Shown here one piece after another: positions 1 to 8,845 of a stretch of DNA of 64,000 nt. The notes under the pieces are model-generated. The model saw nothing but the letters and a program-made list of their open reading frames with translations, searched no databases and had not been told where the DNA came from. A program made the position numbers and the translations under genes. This stretch comes from Candidatus Latescibacterota bacterium (GTDB lineage Bacteria; Krumholzibacteriota; Krumholzibacteriia; WVZY01; JAKEHA01): assembly GCA_963707635.1 (NCBI GenBank), contig OY970173.1:3072001-3136000 (forward strand), given 5' to 3'. Positions within the stretch are counted from its first letter, which is position 1; every line of letters begins with the position of its first letter.

Positions 1-994
1 CCACGTCCTCGATCACCAGCGTGTACGTCCCCGTCTGCGCCAGCTGCACGTCGAACTGGTTCGCCGAGTTGTACGACTCGTACACACCCCCGCCCGGCGG
101 ATACACCGACATGAGGGTGTTGTGTCCCCCACCTCCCGTTTCCACCCCCGCAAACACCAGCCGGTGCCCCGCCGTCCCCGCGAACGTGAACGCGTCGAAG
201 TCCACCCCCTGCTGGAACTGACCCGTCACGATCTGGTTCGACACGATCACAGCCCCGTCCGTGTCGCTCCCGTTCTCGTGCGGCCCCGAGGTCACGTTCA
301 AAAGCGACATCGAGTAGTCCCCCGGCGTGTCGTTCGCGTTGTCCTCGATCACGATCGTCCACGTCCCCGTCGCCGTCAGCTGCACGTCCAGCCGGTCCCC
401 CGTCGTGTACGTCAGGTACGCCCCCCCACTGGGTGGATACAGAAAGACCGTCGTGTTGAACCCCGCTCCCCCCGTCGCCACCGCGTCGATCAGCACCCGG
501 TTCCCGTTCGTCCCCGCAAACGTGAACGCATCGATGTCCGCGGCTCCGCTCATCGTCCCCGTCTTCACATCCGCAGAGGTGATGGCGCCGCCGTCCAGAT
601 CGCCGGCACTTGTCAGTGGCCCCGCCGTCACATTGAGAAACCCGAGCGCATAGTTCCCCGCGTCATTGAGCCCAACATCCTGGATTTCGATCGTGTAGCT
701 GCCCGTCGCCACAAGCTGCCAGTCCATGAGGTCGGCGGATGTCGTCGCTTCGGTCCCGCCACCCGGGGCTTTCAAAACGATGTTCGTGTTCATCGCCCCG
801 CTCGTGGTCACAGCGGAAATAATGATGCGCTGACCCGCCGTCCCCGCGAACGTCCACTGCTCGAGGTAGGTCGGGTTGGCAACGCTCCCAGCGACGGTCG
901 AACCCGAGGTAATGGGGCCGCCGGCGCGGGCGCGTGGCGAGGCGAGAACGGTAGAGAGAACGAGGACGGGCAAGAGAATGGCTCGGGGGCTCAT
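1..994 (-). CDS. Secreted protein with tandem ~110-aa PPC-like (pre-peptidase C-terminal) beta-sandwich repeats; 3' end runs off the window
   Basis: Absent from the ORF track; translated by hand as MSPRAILLPVLVLSTVLASPRARAGGPITSGSTVAG... ATG at 994 with GGAGGAG RBS at 1004-1010, Sec-type signal peptide, and the unit '(D/Q)x(F/W)TFAGTxGxR...QLxxTGx(Y/W)T(I/L)xIxD' repeated 3 times about 330-336 bp apart. Confidence 0.8.
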   Translation of the reverse strand, partial: MSPRAILLPVLVLSTVLASPRARAGGPITSGSTVAGSVANPTYLEQWTFAGTAGQRIIISAVTTSGAMNTNIVLKAPGGGTEATTSADLMDWQLVATGSYTIEIQDVGLNDAGNYALGFLNVTAGPLTSAGDLDGGAITSADVKTGTMSGAADIDAFTFAGTNGNRVLIDAVATGGAGFNTTVFLYPPSGGAYLTYTTGDRLDVQLTATGTWTIVIEDNANDTPGDYSMSLLNVTSGPHENGSDTDGAVIVSNQIVTGQFQQGVDFDAFTFAGTAGHRLVFAGVETGGGGHNTLMSVYPPGGGVYESYNSANQFDVQLAQTGTYTLVIEDV

Positions 995-1133
995 GGCAGG
1001 TGGCTCCTCCAAGAAGGTGTGTGAAGCCGCCATGATAGCAGCAACGGAACACGGTTTAACCGGGAAAGTGCGAGGCGGCTGGCGGCCGGTGCTCGAATCG
1101 GATTCGCGCGGCGTGGCGAGGCGTTTGCTGGCT

Positions 1134-1625
1134 TCAACCGGAGCGCGGCGGCCGCTCCATGCCGGGCGGGATTCGCACCGCGACCACCTCGCCGCGTGCC
1201 GTCACCACACCCGCGGCGGTGACCGTGATGTCCACAATGGCCTTGCGCTCGCTTCGCTCCCGTACGCGGCCCCGGATCTCCAGCTCGGGCCCGTGCGGGG
1301 TGGGCTTGAGGAACGTCACCTGCAGCGACGCCGTGACGTAGCGGGGCGCCGGACCGTCTCCGATTCTGCGGCCCGCCACTCGCTCCGCGTCCGCGGCAGC
1401 CGTCGCCATGGCGTGACAGTCGACCAGCGAGGCAATCAATCCCCCGTAGACGAAACCGGGCATCGCCACGTCGTTCGTCCGCGGCGTGAACCGCGCCACC
1501 GCGTCTTCGCCATCCACGAAACTCTTGAGACGGTGGCCGGCGGGGTTATGCCTTCCGCACCCGAAACAGTGCGCGAAATCGTCGGGGTAGAGGTCCTGAA
1601 TCGCGATGGGGTTCAAAGGCCGCAC
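1134..1625 (-). CDS. PaaI/hotdog-fold thioesterase
   Basis: HCFGCG motif, 'GFVYGGLIASLVDCH', 'VTASLQVTFLKPTP'. Start is GTG 1625 or TTG 1616 (overlapping the upstream stop), not 1847. Confidence 0.85.
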   Translation of the reverse strand: MRPLNPIAIQDLYPDDFAHCFGCGRHNPAGHRLKSFVDGEDAVARFTPRTNDVAMPGFVYGGLIASLVDCHAMATAAADAERVAGRRIGDGPAPRYVTASLQVTFLKPTPHGPELEIRGRVRERSERKAIVDITVTAAGVVTARGEVVAVRIPPGMERPPRSG

Positions 1626-2242
1626 TCGCTCTCCCTTACACAGAGGCAGTAAACGAACTCCTGTTCCGTCCCCCAGGGGGTCCGGTGCCGCTCTTTGAGT
1701 TGCCCCTCGAGGCGGAATGCGTCGCCGAAGGCGGCGTGGAGTTCGTCGGCACTGTAACGCACCACCGGAAGACCGCTGCACTTCTCGGGCCCACCGGGCC
1801 CGAATGTGGCCAGCACCACGTAACCCCCCTTCCTGACCGCGCAGCAAACGCGCTCGAGATAGGCCTTGCGATCGGCTTCGGAGGTCAGGAAGTGAAAAAC
1901 CGCGCGGTCGTGCCAGAGGTCGAATGAGTCGCTCGGAAAGTCGAGGGTGGTGACATCGTCGACGACCCAGGTCACCTGGGCGGCGCGTTCACCCAGGCGC
2001 TTCTTCGCCGCGTCGATCGGCGCCTGCGCGATGTCAACGACGGTTACGTGACGAAAGCCGCGAACGACGAGGTCGTCGACCAGCGTCGAGGCGCCGCCAC
2101 CGATGTCGACGATGCGTGCCTCGGGGCCGACGCCGGTGAGGAGAATGAGATCCAGCGAGCGTTTGAGGTGAGGCTGGTACCAGCTGACATCCGTCTCACG
2201 CTTGGTCTGGTAAACGTGTTCCCAGTGGTTGCGTTTGGACAT
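1613..2242 (-). CDS. Class I SAM-dependent methyltransferase
   Basis: 'HWEHVY..K...VSWYQ', motif I 'IVDIGGGAS', 'DLWHDRAVFHFL', 'GPEKCSGL'; ATG 2242 with GAGAGG RBS. Confidence 0.9.
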   Translation of the reverse strand: MSKRNHWEHVYQTKRETDVSWYQPHLKRSLDLILLTGVGPEARIVDIGGGASTLVDDLVVRGFRHVTVVDIAQAPIDAAKKRLGERAAQVTWVVDDVTTLDFPSDSFDLWHDRAVFHFLTSEADRKAYLERVCCAVRKGGYVVLATFGPGGPEKCSGLPVVRYSADELHAAFGDAFRLEGQLKERHRTPWGTEQEFVYCLCVRESECGL

Positions 2243-2308
2243 GGGTGGGCCCGACCTCTCATGGTTCGAAGAAATCATATCATTGATTGTCGCGGCACGG
2301 GACCGGTC

Positions 2309-2337
2309 TTGCAGTATTATATACAATATTGTATAAT
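2309..2337 (+). promoter_or_regulatory. Sigma70-type promoter (TTGCAG-17-TATAAT) overlapped by a perfect 16-bp palindromic operator TATACAATATTGTATA (2320-2335)
   Basis: Read directly from the sequence; AT-rich island upstream of the toxin stub and XRE antitoxin. Confidence 0.8.
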
Positions 2338-2343
2338 GCAACC

Positions 2344-2385
2344 ATGGCCGACAAGCCGCTGGTTTGGGTCGGCTCGAAGGAGTAA
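2344..2385 (+). pseudogene. 13-codon remnant (MADKPLVWVGSKE*) of a RelE/HigB (Gp49-like) toxin gene
   Basis: KPLxWxGS is the usual N-terminus of Gp49/HigB-type toxins; occupies the toxin-first position directly before an HTH antitoxin. Confidence 0.65.
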
Positions 2386-2388
2386 GTC

Positions 2389-2685
2389 ATGGCCAAGGTA
2401 CGCCGCTCATCGGGAAACGTTTTTCGAGACCTTGGGTTCGACCGTGAAGAAGCGGACAACCTCAAGATTCGCGCCGACCTCATGATCGCGGCAACGAGAC
2501 TCATCGAGACCCGTGGGCTGACTCAAGCCCAGGCTGCAAAACTGTTCGGTGTCACGCAGCCTCGTATCAGCAACCTCACCAACGGCAAGATCGACCGCTT
2601 CAGCATCGATGGGCTCGTGGAGATGCTGGGTAGGGCCGGCATCAGAGTCTCGATCGTGTTGAGTCGTAAACGCAAAGCAGCCTAG
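2389..2685 (+). CDS. XRE/HTH_37 (HigA-like) antitoxin or transcriptional regulator
   Basis: 'SSGNVFRDLGF..EA..LKIRADLM' and HTH 'LTQAQAAKLFGVTQPRISNL..GKIDRFSID'; AAGGAG RBS. Confidence 0.9.
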   Translation: MAKVRRSSGNVFRDLGFDREEADNLKIRADLMIAATRLIETRGLTQAQAAKLFGVTQPRISNLTNGKIDRFSIDGLVEMLGRAGIRVSIVLSRKRKAA

Positions 2686-2692
2686 GCGTCGA

Positions 2693-3883
2693 TCATCTCG
2701 TCAAGTCTCCCGGCCTGTTCCGCGTCGAAGCAACATCCGCCGATCGTGGCTCCAGGACGACATCGTAACTCGGTCTCCGCGAGCCGTCGGAGAACTCCAC
2801 ACCATCCCGGCTCATCCACATGCGTCGGCCTTCGTGTTCTGTCAACGTGTATCCGCAGCAGAGTCCCGCGATACCGCAGTCCGTCAGCGTGCGAAGCTCT
2901 CCACCGTCGTAAGCTCCATCGGAATCGAGATCGTTCCAGAGCTTGAGGCCGCGCAGTTCATGGCCGCGAAGCCACCCGTCGCCGTTGTCGTCGAGGGCAG
3001 CTAGGGCCTCGTAGCCATTTTTCCAGAATACCCAGAAGGTCACGTTGCCAAACAGGTCGCGGCCGGACCTGATGTCACCCAGGTCGCCATAGTCATGCAC
3101 GAGCCAGGCTGCCGCCGGGTCGATCCACGTCCAGCGCTGGTCTCTGCCTGAGCCGTCGACATCGAACGGCACGTCGAGATCATCACGCAGGATGTCGGCA
3201 ATTTCCCGGCCATCGCCCAGCGGGATGGCGATCGGCGTAACCCATGTCAGCCAGCTTTCCAACTCTTTGAGCTGCGCGCGACGCGTCGCAACCTCGTTCG
3301 AGTCTGAAACAGGATCCAGGAGATTGATCAAGTAGTGAAGTGCTTCAGCGAAGATGGCCTTCCTACCTGGGTCTTCGGTTTTCTTGAACTCCTTGTCAAT
3401 GAGATCGCGGTAGATCTCCATTGCTTCGCGCTTCTTCCCCGCCTGCTCAAGACACCAGCCGTAGCCGAGCGAGATATCGACTCTCTCCGGCGCCAACGTG
3501 TGGGCGGTCTCGTACCACTTGATGGCTTCCTCGAGGTGCTCCCTGGCAGTTGTCACCTTCTCCTTGCCTTCGGGAGTGACGACGCGCGAGTGCACCACCG
3601 GAGGCTCTTCGGTGAAGTAGTGCTCTTGCTCTTCATTGTTGACGAAGACTTCAACGCTATCGATTCCCTGCGCATAGGCCATCCCGTGCAAGCGGCCAAG
3701 CCTCCACGCAAGGTCGGGATCCCTGGGCTTCGCCTCAACCTGCCGTTCGAGGTTGGCGATCATGCGGGCAATCGGAACCTTCCTGGTTTCGAGCGTGAAG
3801 TACATCGCGGTCGACATGACCGGTATCAGCCCGAGGAGGGCAGCAAAGGTGTAAACAACCCGCACGACCCGGGGCATTCCCAT
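2693..3883 (-). CDS. Secreted TPR-repeat protein with C-terminal Ca-binding (DxDxDG/EF-hand-like) domain
   Basis: Signal-like hydrophobic N-terminus, TPR-like helices ('AWRLGRLH', 'LGYGWCLEQAG'), C-terminal 'FDVDGSG', 'NGYEALAALDDNGDG', 'WNDLDSDG'; start uncertain (3883 or 3916). Confidence 0.6.
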   Translation of the reverse strand: MGMPRVVRVVYTFAALLGLIPVMSTAMYFTLETRKVPIARMIANLERQVEAKPRDPDLAWRLGRLHGMAYAQGIDSVEVFVNNEEQEHYFTEEPPVVHSRVVTPEGKEKVTTAREHLEEAIKWYETAHTLAPERVDISLGYGWCLEQAGKKREAMEIYRDLIDKEFKKTEDPGRKAIFAEALHYLINLLDPVSDSNEVATRRAQLKELESWLTWVTPIAIPLGDGREIADILRDDLDVPFDVDGSGRDQRWTWIDPAAAWLVHDYGDLGDIRSGRDLFGNVTFWVFWKNGYEALAALDDNGDGWLRGHELRGLKLWNDLDSDGAYDGGELRTLTDCGIAGLCCGYTLTEHEGRRMWMSRDGVEFSDGSRRPSYDVVLEPRSADVASTRNRPGDLTR

Positions 3884-3902
3884 GCGCACATACACGACCG
3901 GA

Positions 3903-4940
3903 CTAGTGTTTCCCATCGACCTTCGTCTCCTCAAACGCGCTCCCCACCACCGACCTCACAAAGAAGGCGTCAAAAAGATACCGCATCATCTTGTTGTCTC
4001 CCGCCATCATGCTGCGGAAGTCTCCCGCGTTCACGCCAGCCCGCGCCTGGTCGAGCGTCTCGCCGCGGGCGACGGCGGCCATCGTCTGCTCCTGTATTGC
4101 CATGAGCACGCTACGCAACACGCGAATCTGGGTGTCGTCGTGAAGCGCCTCTCCATGCCCCGGCACGACCATGCGAGGCTTGAGCGCCAGGAGTGAATCC
4201 AACGCCCCGATCCATCCCTTCACGTTGCAGCCGTAGGCAAACGGGAGCGGGTTGTCCACCAGATCGCCCGCCACCAACACGCCTTCCTTCGGAAGATAGA
4301 CCACGGCATCGCCGCGGGTGACCGCGGGGCCGAAGAACCGAAGCTCGATTTCCCGATTCCCCCGCATGATCGTCATGCGGTCTTCGAAGGTCTTCGTCGG
4401 CAGCGTGAGATGGAACTCCGGCATGTCGTTCAAGTACTCCTGTGCGATCGCGATCGTGCTCTCGTAGGCGGCCGCCTCGTCCTCGCTCATCGGGGTCCCG
4501 TCGAGACTCGTCTGCTTCGCGATGGCGTCCCGGAACATCGCGATCGCATCGGGGCCGCCCGCGACCTGCCCGGCGCGGTTCTCGACACCGACCGTCTCCA
4601 TGTCGGCCTTCGTGTTCGCATGCGAGATGATCTCTACCTGCGGGAAGGCTTCGCGATAGACCTGATTACCAAAGGTGTGGTCGTCATGCCAGTGCGTATT
4701 GATGACCACGCTGACCGGCTTGTCGGTGATCTCGCGGAGCGCAACCAGCACCGCGCGCGTGCGATGGAGCGTGAACTGCGTGTCGACCACGATGACGTTG
4801 TCCTCGCCCACGATGAAGACGGCGTTCGAGTGGTTGGCAAGACCGAGGGGGTCGTTGCTGACGACGGCGTAGACGCCGGGAGCGAGAGTTTCGACGTGGA
4901 AGAGGCGGACGAAACTCGTGGCCGCGGCCGGTGACGCCAT
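3903..4940 (-). CDS. MBL-fold metallo-hydrolase (cyclase-like), probably secreted
   Basis: 'INTHWHDDHTFGN', 'AGDLV', 'VPGHG'; in-frame signal-peptide-like extension back to about 4985. Confidence 0.85.
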   Translation of the reverse strand: MASPAAATSFVRLFHVETLAPGVYAVVSNDPLGLANHSNAVFIVGEDNVIVVDTQFTLHRTRAVLVALREITDKPVSVVINTHWHDDHTFGNQVYREAFPQVEIISHANTKADMETVGVENRAGQVAGGPDAIAMFRDAIAKQTSLDGTPMSEDEAAAYESTIAIAQEYLNDMPEFHLTLPTKTFEDRMTIMRGNREIELRFFGPAVTRGDAVVYLPKEGVLVAGDLVDNPLPFAYGCNVKGWIGALDSLLALKPRMVVPGHGEALHDDTQIRVLRSVLMAIQEQTMAAVARGETLDQARAGVNAGDFRSMMAGDNKMMRYLFDAFFVRSVVGSAFEETKVDGKH

Positions 4941-5006
4941 GAGGGCGATCGTTACTGCCGCGATGATGCGTGTGACTCGATTGATGGTGACCCCGGTTCC
5001 TGACAG

Positions 5007-5507
5007 CTATGCTTTCTTCGCCGCCTGCCGCGCGCGCCGCAGGTGATTCAAGTAGGCGAGCGGATGGTACGACGCCCCGATCACGAACGAAGCGATCGCC
5101 GTCCCCGGCGAGACCTTGCCAGTTGATAGGAAGTGCGCATACCCGTAGACCGCCATCGGCACGTAGAACAGTGTGCCCGTGACCATGCCGGGCGAATACC
5201 GCCGGGTCTGCCACGCCCCGATCAGATGGAACACCGCGTTCGAGAACAGCAGGGTGGCGACCGCCAGCCAGGCCGCGAGGGCAAATGGAGTCTGCCCGGC
5301 CAGCGCCACGTTCGCGCACAGGGCGAGCAACGCGACATTGATCCACACCGCGAAGCGGGTCGTGAAGCTGGCCGCAATCGCCGGCCGGTAGGCCCGGTAC
5401 CAGTCCGAGAACCCGCCCGGGAAGCCGAACTCCTCGGTGATGTGAAGAACCGCTGCCCCAAACAATGACCAGGCCAGCAACATATCGCTCCGCTCCTGTG
5501 GACTCAT
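5007..5507 (-). CDS. HXXEE domain membrane protein
   Basis: 'LHITEEF..PGGF', 'NAVFHL', 'YSPGMVTG', several TM helices. Confidence 0.85.
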   Translation of the reverse strand: MSPQERSDMLLAWSLFGAAVLHITEEFGFPGGFSDWYRAYRPAIAASFTTRFAVWINVALLALCANVALAGQTPFALAAWLAVATLLFSNAVFHLIGAWQTRRYSPGMVTGTLFYVPMAVYGYAHFLSTGKVSPGTAIASFVIGASYHPLAYLNHLRRARQAAKKA

Positions 5508-5596
5508 CGTAGACCGATGCAGGCCGGGAATCCATGACGAACCTGTGAGGAGGCCGGCCCAATCCGGCGTGGCAAGCAGGAGACTACTGGCGTAAG

Positions 5597-5956
5597 ATGA
5601 TGGCCATGAGCATCGGGGACAGCCAGATCTCCCCCCCGAGCGGCGGCATCGTCGACCGGATCAAGAGCTACGTGGCCAGGGCCATCGGGACCACGCGCAC
5701 GCGCGTCGATGCCTTCTCGGCCGACGTCGAGCATCGCGTCCTGCGCCTGGTGGGCATGATCATCTGGACGCTGGTGGCGTTCATTTGTCTATCGCTGGGC
5801 TTGCTCTTCGCGGTGCTGACGATCATGTTCGGCTTCGATCTTCCGCCGAAGTATGTCTTCGGCATCCCCGCGATCATCTTTCTCGCAACCGGGCTTCTCG
5901 GGCTCGTCATGTTCAAGCACAAGAAGGCTTCCAAACCGCCGTCGCGGCAGGGCTAG
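5597..5956 (+). CDS. Small 2-TM membrane protein (YqjE/holin-X-like)
   Basis: Amphipathic N-terminus 'TRTRVDAFSADVE', two TM segments, basic tail. Confidence 0.55.
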   Translation: MMAMSIGDSQISPPSGGIVDRIKSYVARAIGTTRTRVDAFSADVEHRVLRLVGMIIWTLVAFICLSLGLLFAVLTIMFGFDLPPKYVFGIPAIIFLATGLLGLVMFKHKKASKPPSRQG

Positions 5957-5961
5957 TGCGT

Positions 5962-6447
5962 ATGCGTCTACTACGCGCATGGCTCATCGTGACGTTGTCC
6001 GTCATTCTGCTCCCCGCACCCGCTTTGGCGCAGTCCTACCGGGCCGTGCTCGATGGGGCGCAAGAGACGCCGCCCAACGCCAGCCCGGGTCACGGCATCG
6101 CATGCTTCTACCTGGAGGGGGACAACATGCTGTACTACGAGATTGTGTACTTCGACTTGTGGGGCGTGGAGACACGATCGCACATTCACGGCCCTGCCCC
6201 ACCGGGGGTGTCGACGTTTTTCTTCGCCATACTGGGCCTGGACGAGGGTAGCCCGAAGTCTGGCTGGGTCGGTCCCCTCACGCCCGCGCAGGTCGGCTAT
6301 TTGAATGATTCGCTGTGCTACGTGAACATCCACACCCGGGTGGTTCCTTCAGGAGAGATTCGAGGGCAGATCATTCCCGCAAATGAGGGCTGTACCGTGC
6401 GCAGCAAGAACGCGACCTGGGGTGCGATCAAGGCGCTCTATCGATAG
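5962..6447 (+). CDS. Secreted CHRD-domain protein with C-terminal TWGxIKxLYR motif
   Basis: Signal peptide (..APALA/Q); CHRD motifs 'LDGAQETPPNASPG.G', 'SHIHGPAPPG', 'YVNIHT...PSGEIRGQI'; ends NATWGAIKALYR. Confidence 0.9.
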   Translation: MRLLRAWLIVTLSVILLPAPALAQSYRAVLDGAQETPPNASPGHGIACFYLEGDNMLYYEIVYFDLWGVETRSHIHGPAPPGVSTFFFAILGLDEGSPKSGWVGPLTPAQVGYLNDSLCYVNIHTRVVPSGEIRGQIIPANEGCTVRSKNATWGAIKALYR

Positions 6448-6538
6448 CTTGCGATGGCCTAATCCGGCGACAGCGTGTCTCGTCGAGGGGAACGGCGATA
6501 GCCGGGAGCGGTCACTTCCGTTGACTCGCTGACACCAG

Positions 6539-8332
6539 CTACCCTTCCCACTTCCCCTTCTCCACGAAGACCTTCCCGATCTCCAGGCGCAAGTGCCCCG
6601 CGTCGATCGGGGTATACTTGACCAGCCTTCGCGCCGCGGCCAGCATGGTCCGGAGCTCATCGCCCGATGCGCATGCGGCCAGGAGCTCGCGGGACCAGAG
6701 GTCGAGTTTCCCCATTGCCTCGTTCACATAGAGGCGCGTCATCCCGATCTGCGGCGCGCAGGCGGCGGCTCCGCGTGAGCCCACCAGCTTCATGGTCCGC
6801 AGCCACGCCGACTCCATGGCGTAGGTCTCGATCACGATGTCGGCGATGTTCCCGAGCACCTGCTGCTCGTCGTCGATCTTTGCTCCATACTTCTGCGCGG
6901 CGACGCCGAGTGCCAGGAGCGAAAGCTTCTTCGCGTTCGCGATCAGCGCACGCTCAATTGAAAGCACTGCTGACTGATCCTCGTCTCCGAGGGTCGCGCC
7001 ACCTTCCAGCAGCTCATCGGCCAGCTTCTTCGCCGCGAGCAGCAACGGCAGTTCGCCCTTCACCGAGCGCTTGAGCAGCATCCCGGTTAGCAGCATGCGA
7101 TTAATTTCGTTGGTCCCCTCGTAGATCCGTGTCACGCGTGCGTCTCTATAGTGACGCTCGGCCGGGTAGTCGGCGATGAAGCCGTAGCCGCCGAAGATCT
7201 GCACGGTTTCGTCCACCACCATGTCCAGCATCTCGCTGCCTTTGACCTTCATGATGGAGCATTCGCCCACGTACTCCTCGATCCCGGCCATGGTCTTCTG
7301 CGCGAAGTCGGGCGCTGTCTTGTCGATGGGCGAAAGAATCACGTCGAGGAGCCCGGCGGTCCGGTACGACATGCTCTCGACGGCATAGATGCCGGTCGCC
7401 ATGTTGGCGATCTTGGCCTGGATCATCCCGAAGCTGGAAATGGCCTTTCCGAACTGGTGCCGTTCGTTGGCGTACTTGAGGGCGTCCTCGAACGCGGCCT
7501 TGGCCCCGCCGATGGACCCTCCTCCGAGTTTGAAGCGCCCCACATTGAGAATGTTGAACGCGATCTTGTGGCCCTTGCCGACTTCGCCGAGGAGATTTTC
7601 GACGGGCACCTTCACGTTCTCCAGGAACACCTGCACGGTGCTGGAGCCCTTGATGCCCATCTTCTTCTCTTCCGCGCCGGTGGTGAGCCCGCCGTAGCCG
7701 CGCTCCACGATGAAGCAGGAAAACTTATCCCCGTCGACTTTCGCGAACACGATGAAGAGGTCCGCGAAGCCGCCGTTGGTAATGAAGGTCTTGTCGCCGT
7801 TCAGGAGGTAAGACTTCCCGTCTTTCGACAGCTCGGCGCGCGAGCGCGCGGCGAGCGCGTCGGAGCCGCTGCCGGGTTCGGTGAGCGCGTAGCACGACAC
7901 GATCTCGCCGGTCGCGAGCTTCGGCAGATACTTCTTCTTCTGTTCCTCGGTGCCGAAGAACACAATCGGCGTGGTCCCGATGCCGGCGTGGCCGCCATAG
8001 GTGGTCGCGAACGCGCCGCCGCGGGAGATCGCCTCTGATACCGCCATCGAGGTGACCTTGTCGAGGCCGAGGCCGCCATACGCCTCGGGCACGTCGATCA
8101 TGAGCAGCCCCAGCTCACCGGCCTTCTTCAGGAGGCCGACCATCACGCCCTCTTCCTTGTGCTCGGTCCTTTCCATGTTGGCGAGGACCTCGTTCTGGAT
8201 GAAGTCCTCCGCCGTCTTGACGAACATCTTCTGCTCGTCGTTGAAGTCTTCGGGCGTGAAGATGTCCGCGGGCTCGACGTCCTCGACGAGGAAGCTGCCG
8301 CCCTTCTTGATGCCTGCTGTCCTGGTGCTCAT
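6539..8332 (-). CDS. fadE: Acyl-CoA dehydrogenase (Bacillus FadE-type, long C-terminal extension)
   Basis: 'YALTEPGSGSDA', 'NGDKTFITNG', 'QIFGGYGFIADYPAERHYRDARVTRIYEGTNEI'. Confidence 0.92.
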   Translation of the reverse strand: MSTRTAGIKKGGSFLVEDVEPADIFTPEDFNDEQKMFVKTAEDFIQNEVLANMERTEHKEEGVMVGLLKKAGELGLLMIDVPEAYGGLGLDKVTSMAVSEAISRGGAFATTYGGHAGIGTTPIVFFGTEEQKKKYLPKLATGEIVSCYALTEPGSGSDALAARSRAELSKDGKSYLLNGDKTFITNGGFADLFIVFAKVDGDKFSCFIVERGYGGLTTGAEEKKMGIKGSSTVQVFLENVKVPVENLLGEVGKGHKIAFNILNVGRFKLGGGSIGGAKAAFEDALKYANERHQFGKAISSFGMIQAKIANMATGIYAVESMSYRTAGLLDVILSPIDKTAPDFAQKTMAGIEEYVGECSIMKVKGSEMLDMVVDETVQIFGGYGFIADYPAERHYRDARVTRIYEGTNEINRMLLTGMLLKRSVKGELPLLLAAKKLADELLEGGATLGDEDQSAVLSIERALIANAKKLSLLALGVAAQKYGAKIDDEQQVLGNIADIVIETYAMESAWLRTMKLVGSRGAAACAPQIGMTRLYVNEAMGKLDLWSRELLAACASGDELRTMLAAARRLVKYTPIDAGHLRLEIGKVFVEKGKWEG

Positions 8333-8345
8333 GAGGTTCCCTTCG

Positions 8346-8819
8346 CTAGCTGATCTTCCGAAACACGGTGCCGATGTAGTCCACGAAGTCGGGCTCGAGC
8401 CCCTGCGCGCGAATGAGCGCCTGGATCTGCGCTCGATGATGAATCGAATGGTAGTTCAACTGGAGCGCAATGTCCTTGAGTGGCGCCTCCCAGGTCGCCC
8501 CGTCGAATCCGACCCACTTCACTTTCTCGAATAGCTCCGCTTCGGTCTTGTTCTCGAGCAGGTCGAGCCACGCCGTAAGGCTCTTCTCCCACTCGAACTC
8601 CAGGTCTTCGAGCGGATACAGCGGTTTCCACCAGTCCATTCTGGGGTCTTTGGGATACTGCTGCAAACGCGCGAGCCATTTCTTCTGCGAGTTGATGAGA
8701 TGGCTGAAAAACTTGATACTCTGTTCCTTGTCCGGCAGCTCCTTGATCTTCGCGAGCACCTGGCGGTTGGCGTGATCGTTGAACAGAAACGTGTCGCGCA
8801 AGTATTGCTTCATTTCCAT
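8346..8819 (-). CDS. DinB family protein
   Basis: 'FSHLINSQKKWLARL' and 'NYHSIHHRAQI' His triad; ATG 8819 or 8813. Confidence 0.85.
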   Translation of the reverse strand: MEMKQYLRDTFLFNDHANRQVLAKIKELPDKEQSIKFFSHLINSQKKWLARLQQYPKDPRMDWWKPLYPLEDLEFEWEKSLTAWLDLLENKTEAELFEKVKWVGFDGATWEAPLKDIALQLNYHSIHHRAQIQALIRAQGLEPDFVDYIGTVFRKIS

Positions 8820-8845
8820 ATGAGCATTACTCCCTGGGGCGCTCG

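Noticed and set aside
2259..2290. Possible displaced copy of the TPR gene 3' end bracketing the TA remnant (YDFFEP* vs YDVVLEP)
   Set aside because: Similarity is too weak at the nucleotide level to distinguish from chance.
3903..5507. TAG read-through (pyrrolysine) fusing the HXXEE and MBL genes, which share a frame
   Set aside because: Both are complete known stand-alone families, the linker looks like a signal peptide, and no pyl genes are visible.
5597..5956. Holin-like protein as evidence of a prophage
   Set aside because: YqjE-like proteins are ordinary chromosomal genes, and no phage structural, lysin or integrase genes are nearby.
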